This document shows positions 24,015 to 24,329 of a stretch of DNA of 24,329 bases, one piece after another. The notes beneath the pieces are model-generated. The model had not been told where the DNA came from. It did not search any database and was given only the letters and a program-made list of their open reading frames with translations. The position numbers were made by a program, and so were the translations under genes. Source of the DNA: Octopus sinensis (taxonomy: Eukaryota); assembly GCF_006345805.1 (NCBI RefSeq), contig NW_021836384.1:1-24329 (forward strand), written 5' to 3'. Numbering within the stretch: position 1 is the stretch's first letter; each line of letters starts with the position of its first letter.

Positions 24015-24329
24015 GCACACAATTATTCATGGTTATATATATATATACATACATGCACACAAATATTTATGCTTATATATATATATATGTACACATATTT
24101 ACATATATATGTATACATACGCATAAATACATTTGTATATATAATCATATATGCAAGTGTGTATGTGTGTATGTATATAGTTATATATATATACTCTAAC
24201 ATATACATAAAGTACTTATGTTTGTATACAGTGTGTATATATAAAAATTGTGCGTGTAAGTGTGTGTGCGTGTGCGTGAGTGCATGTGTCCATCTACCAG
24301 TGAGCGTGTGCAGGTACGTATTGGTGTGT
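23936..24329. repeat. (TA)n/(TG)n microsatellite field
   Basis: Direct reading. Confidence 0.9.

Overview
AT-rich animal non-coding DNA (intergenic or intronic) dominated by microsatellites and transposon relics; I cannot support any intact host gene. The SINE families and microsatellite load resemble octopus/coleoid cephalopod DNA (inference from recalled repeat families, not verified). Contents: (i) four 5'-truncated non-LTR retrotransposon fragments with restriction-like endonuclease (R4/Dong-like), three of them plus one non-coding insert stacked within a (TAA)n tract at 17.7-21.1 kb; (ii) about a dozen tRNA-derived SINE copies or fragments of about four families, including an inverted pair and a chimera; (iii) a decayed composite of two mariner transposons; (iv) a Penelope-like fold-back at 11.2-11.7 kb and two or three decayed hammerhead-ribozyme motifs; (v) most notably, a SINE head apparently hit twice at the same nucleotide, with a 17-nt direct repeat (likely target-site duplication), suggesting a retroelement that targets this SINE or tRNA-like sequence. 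Nearly all ORFs in the supplied track are microsatellite artefacts.
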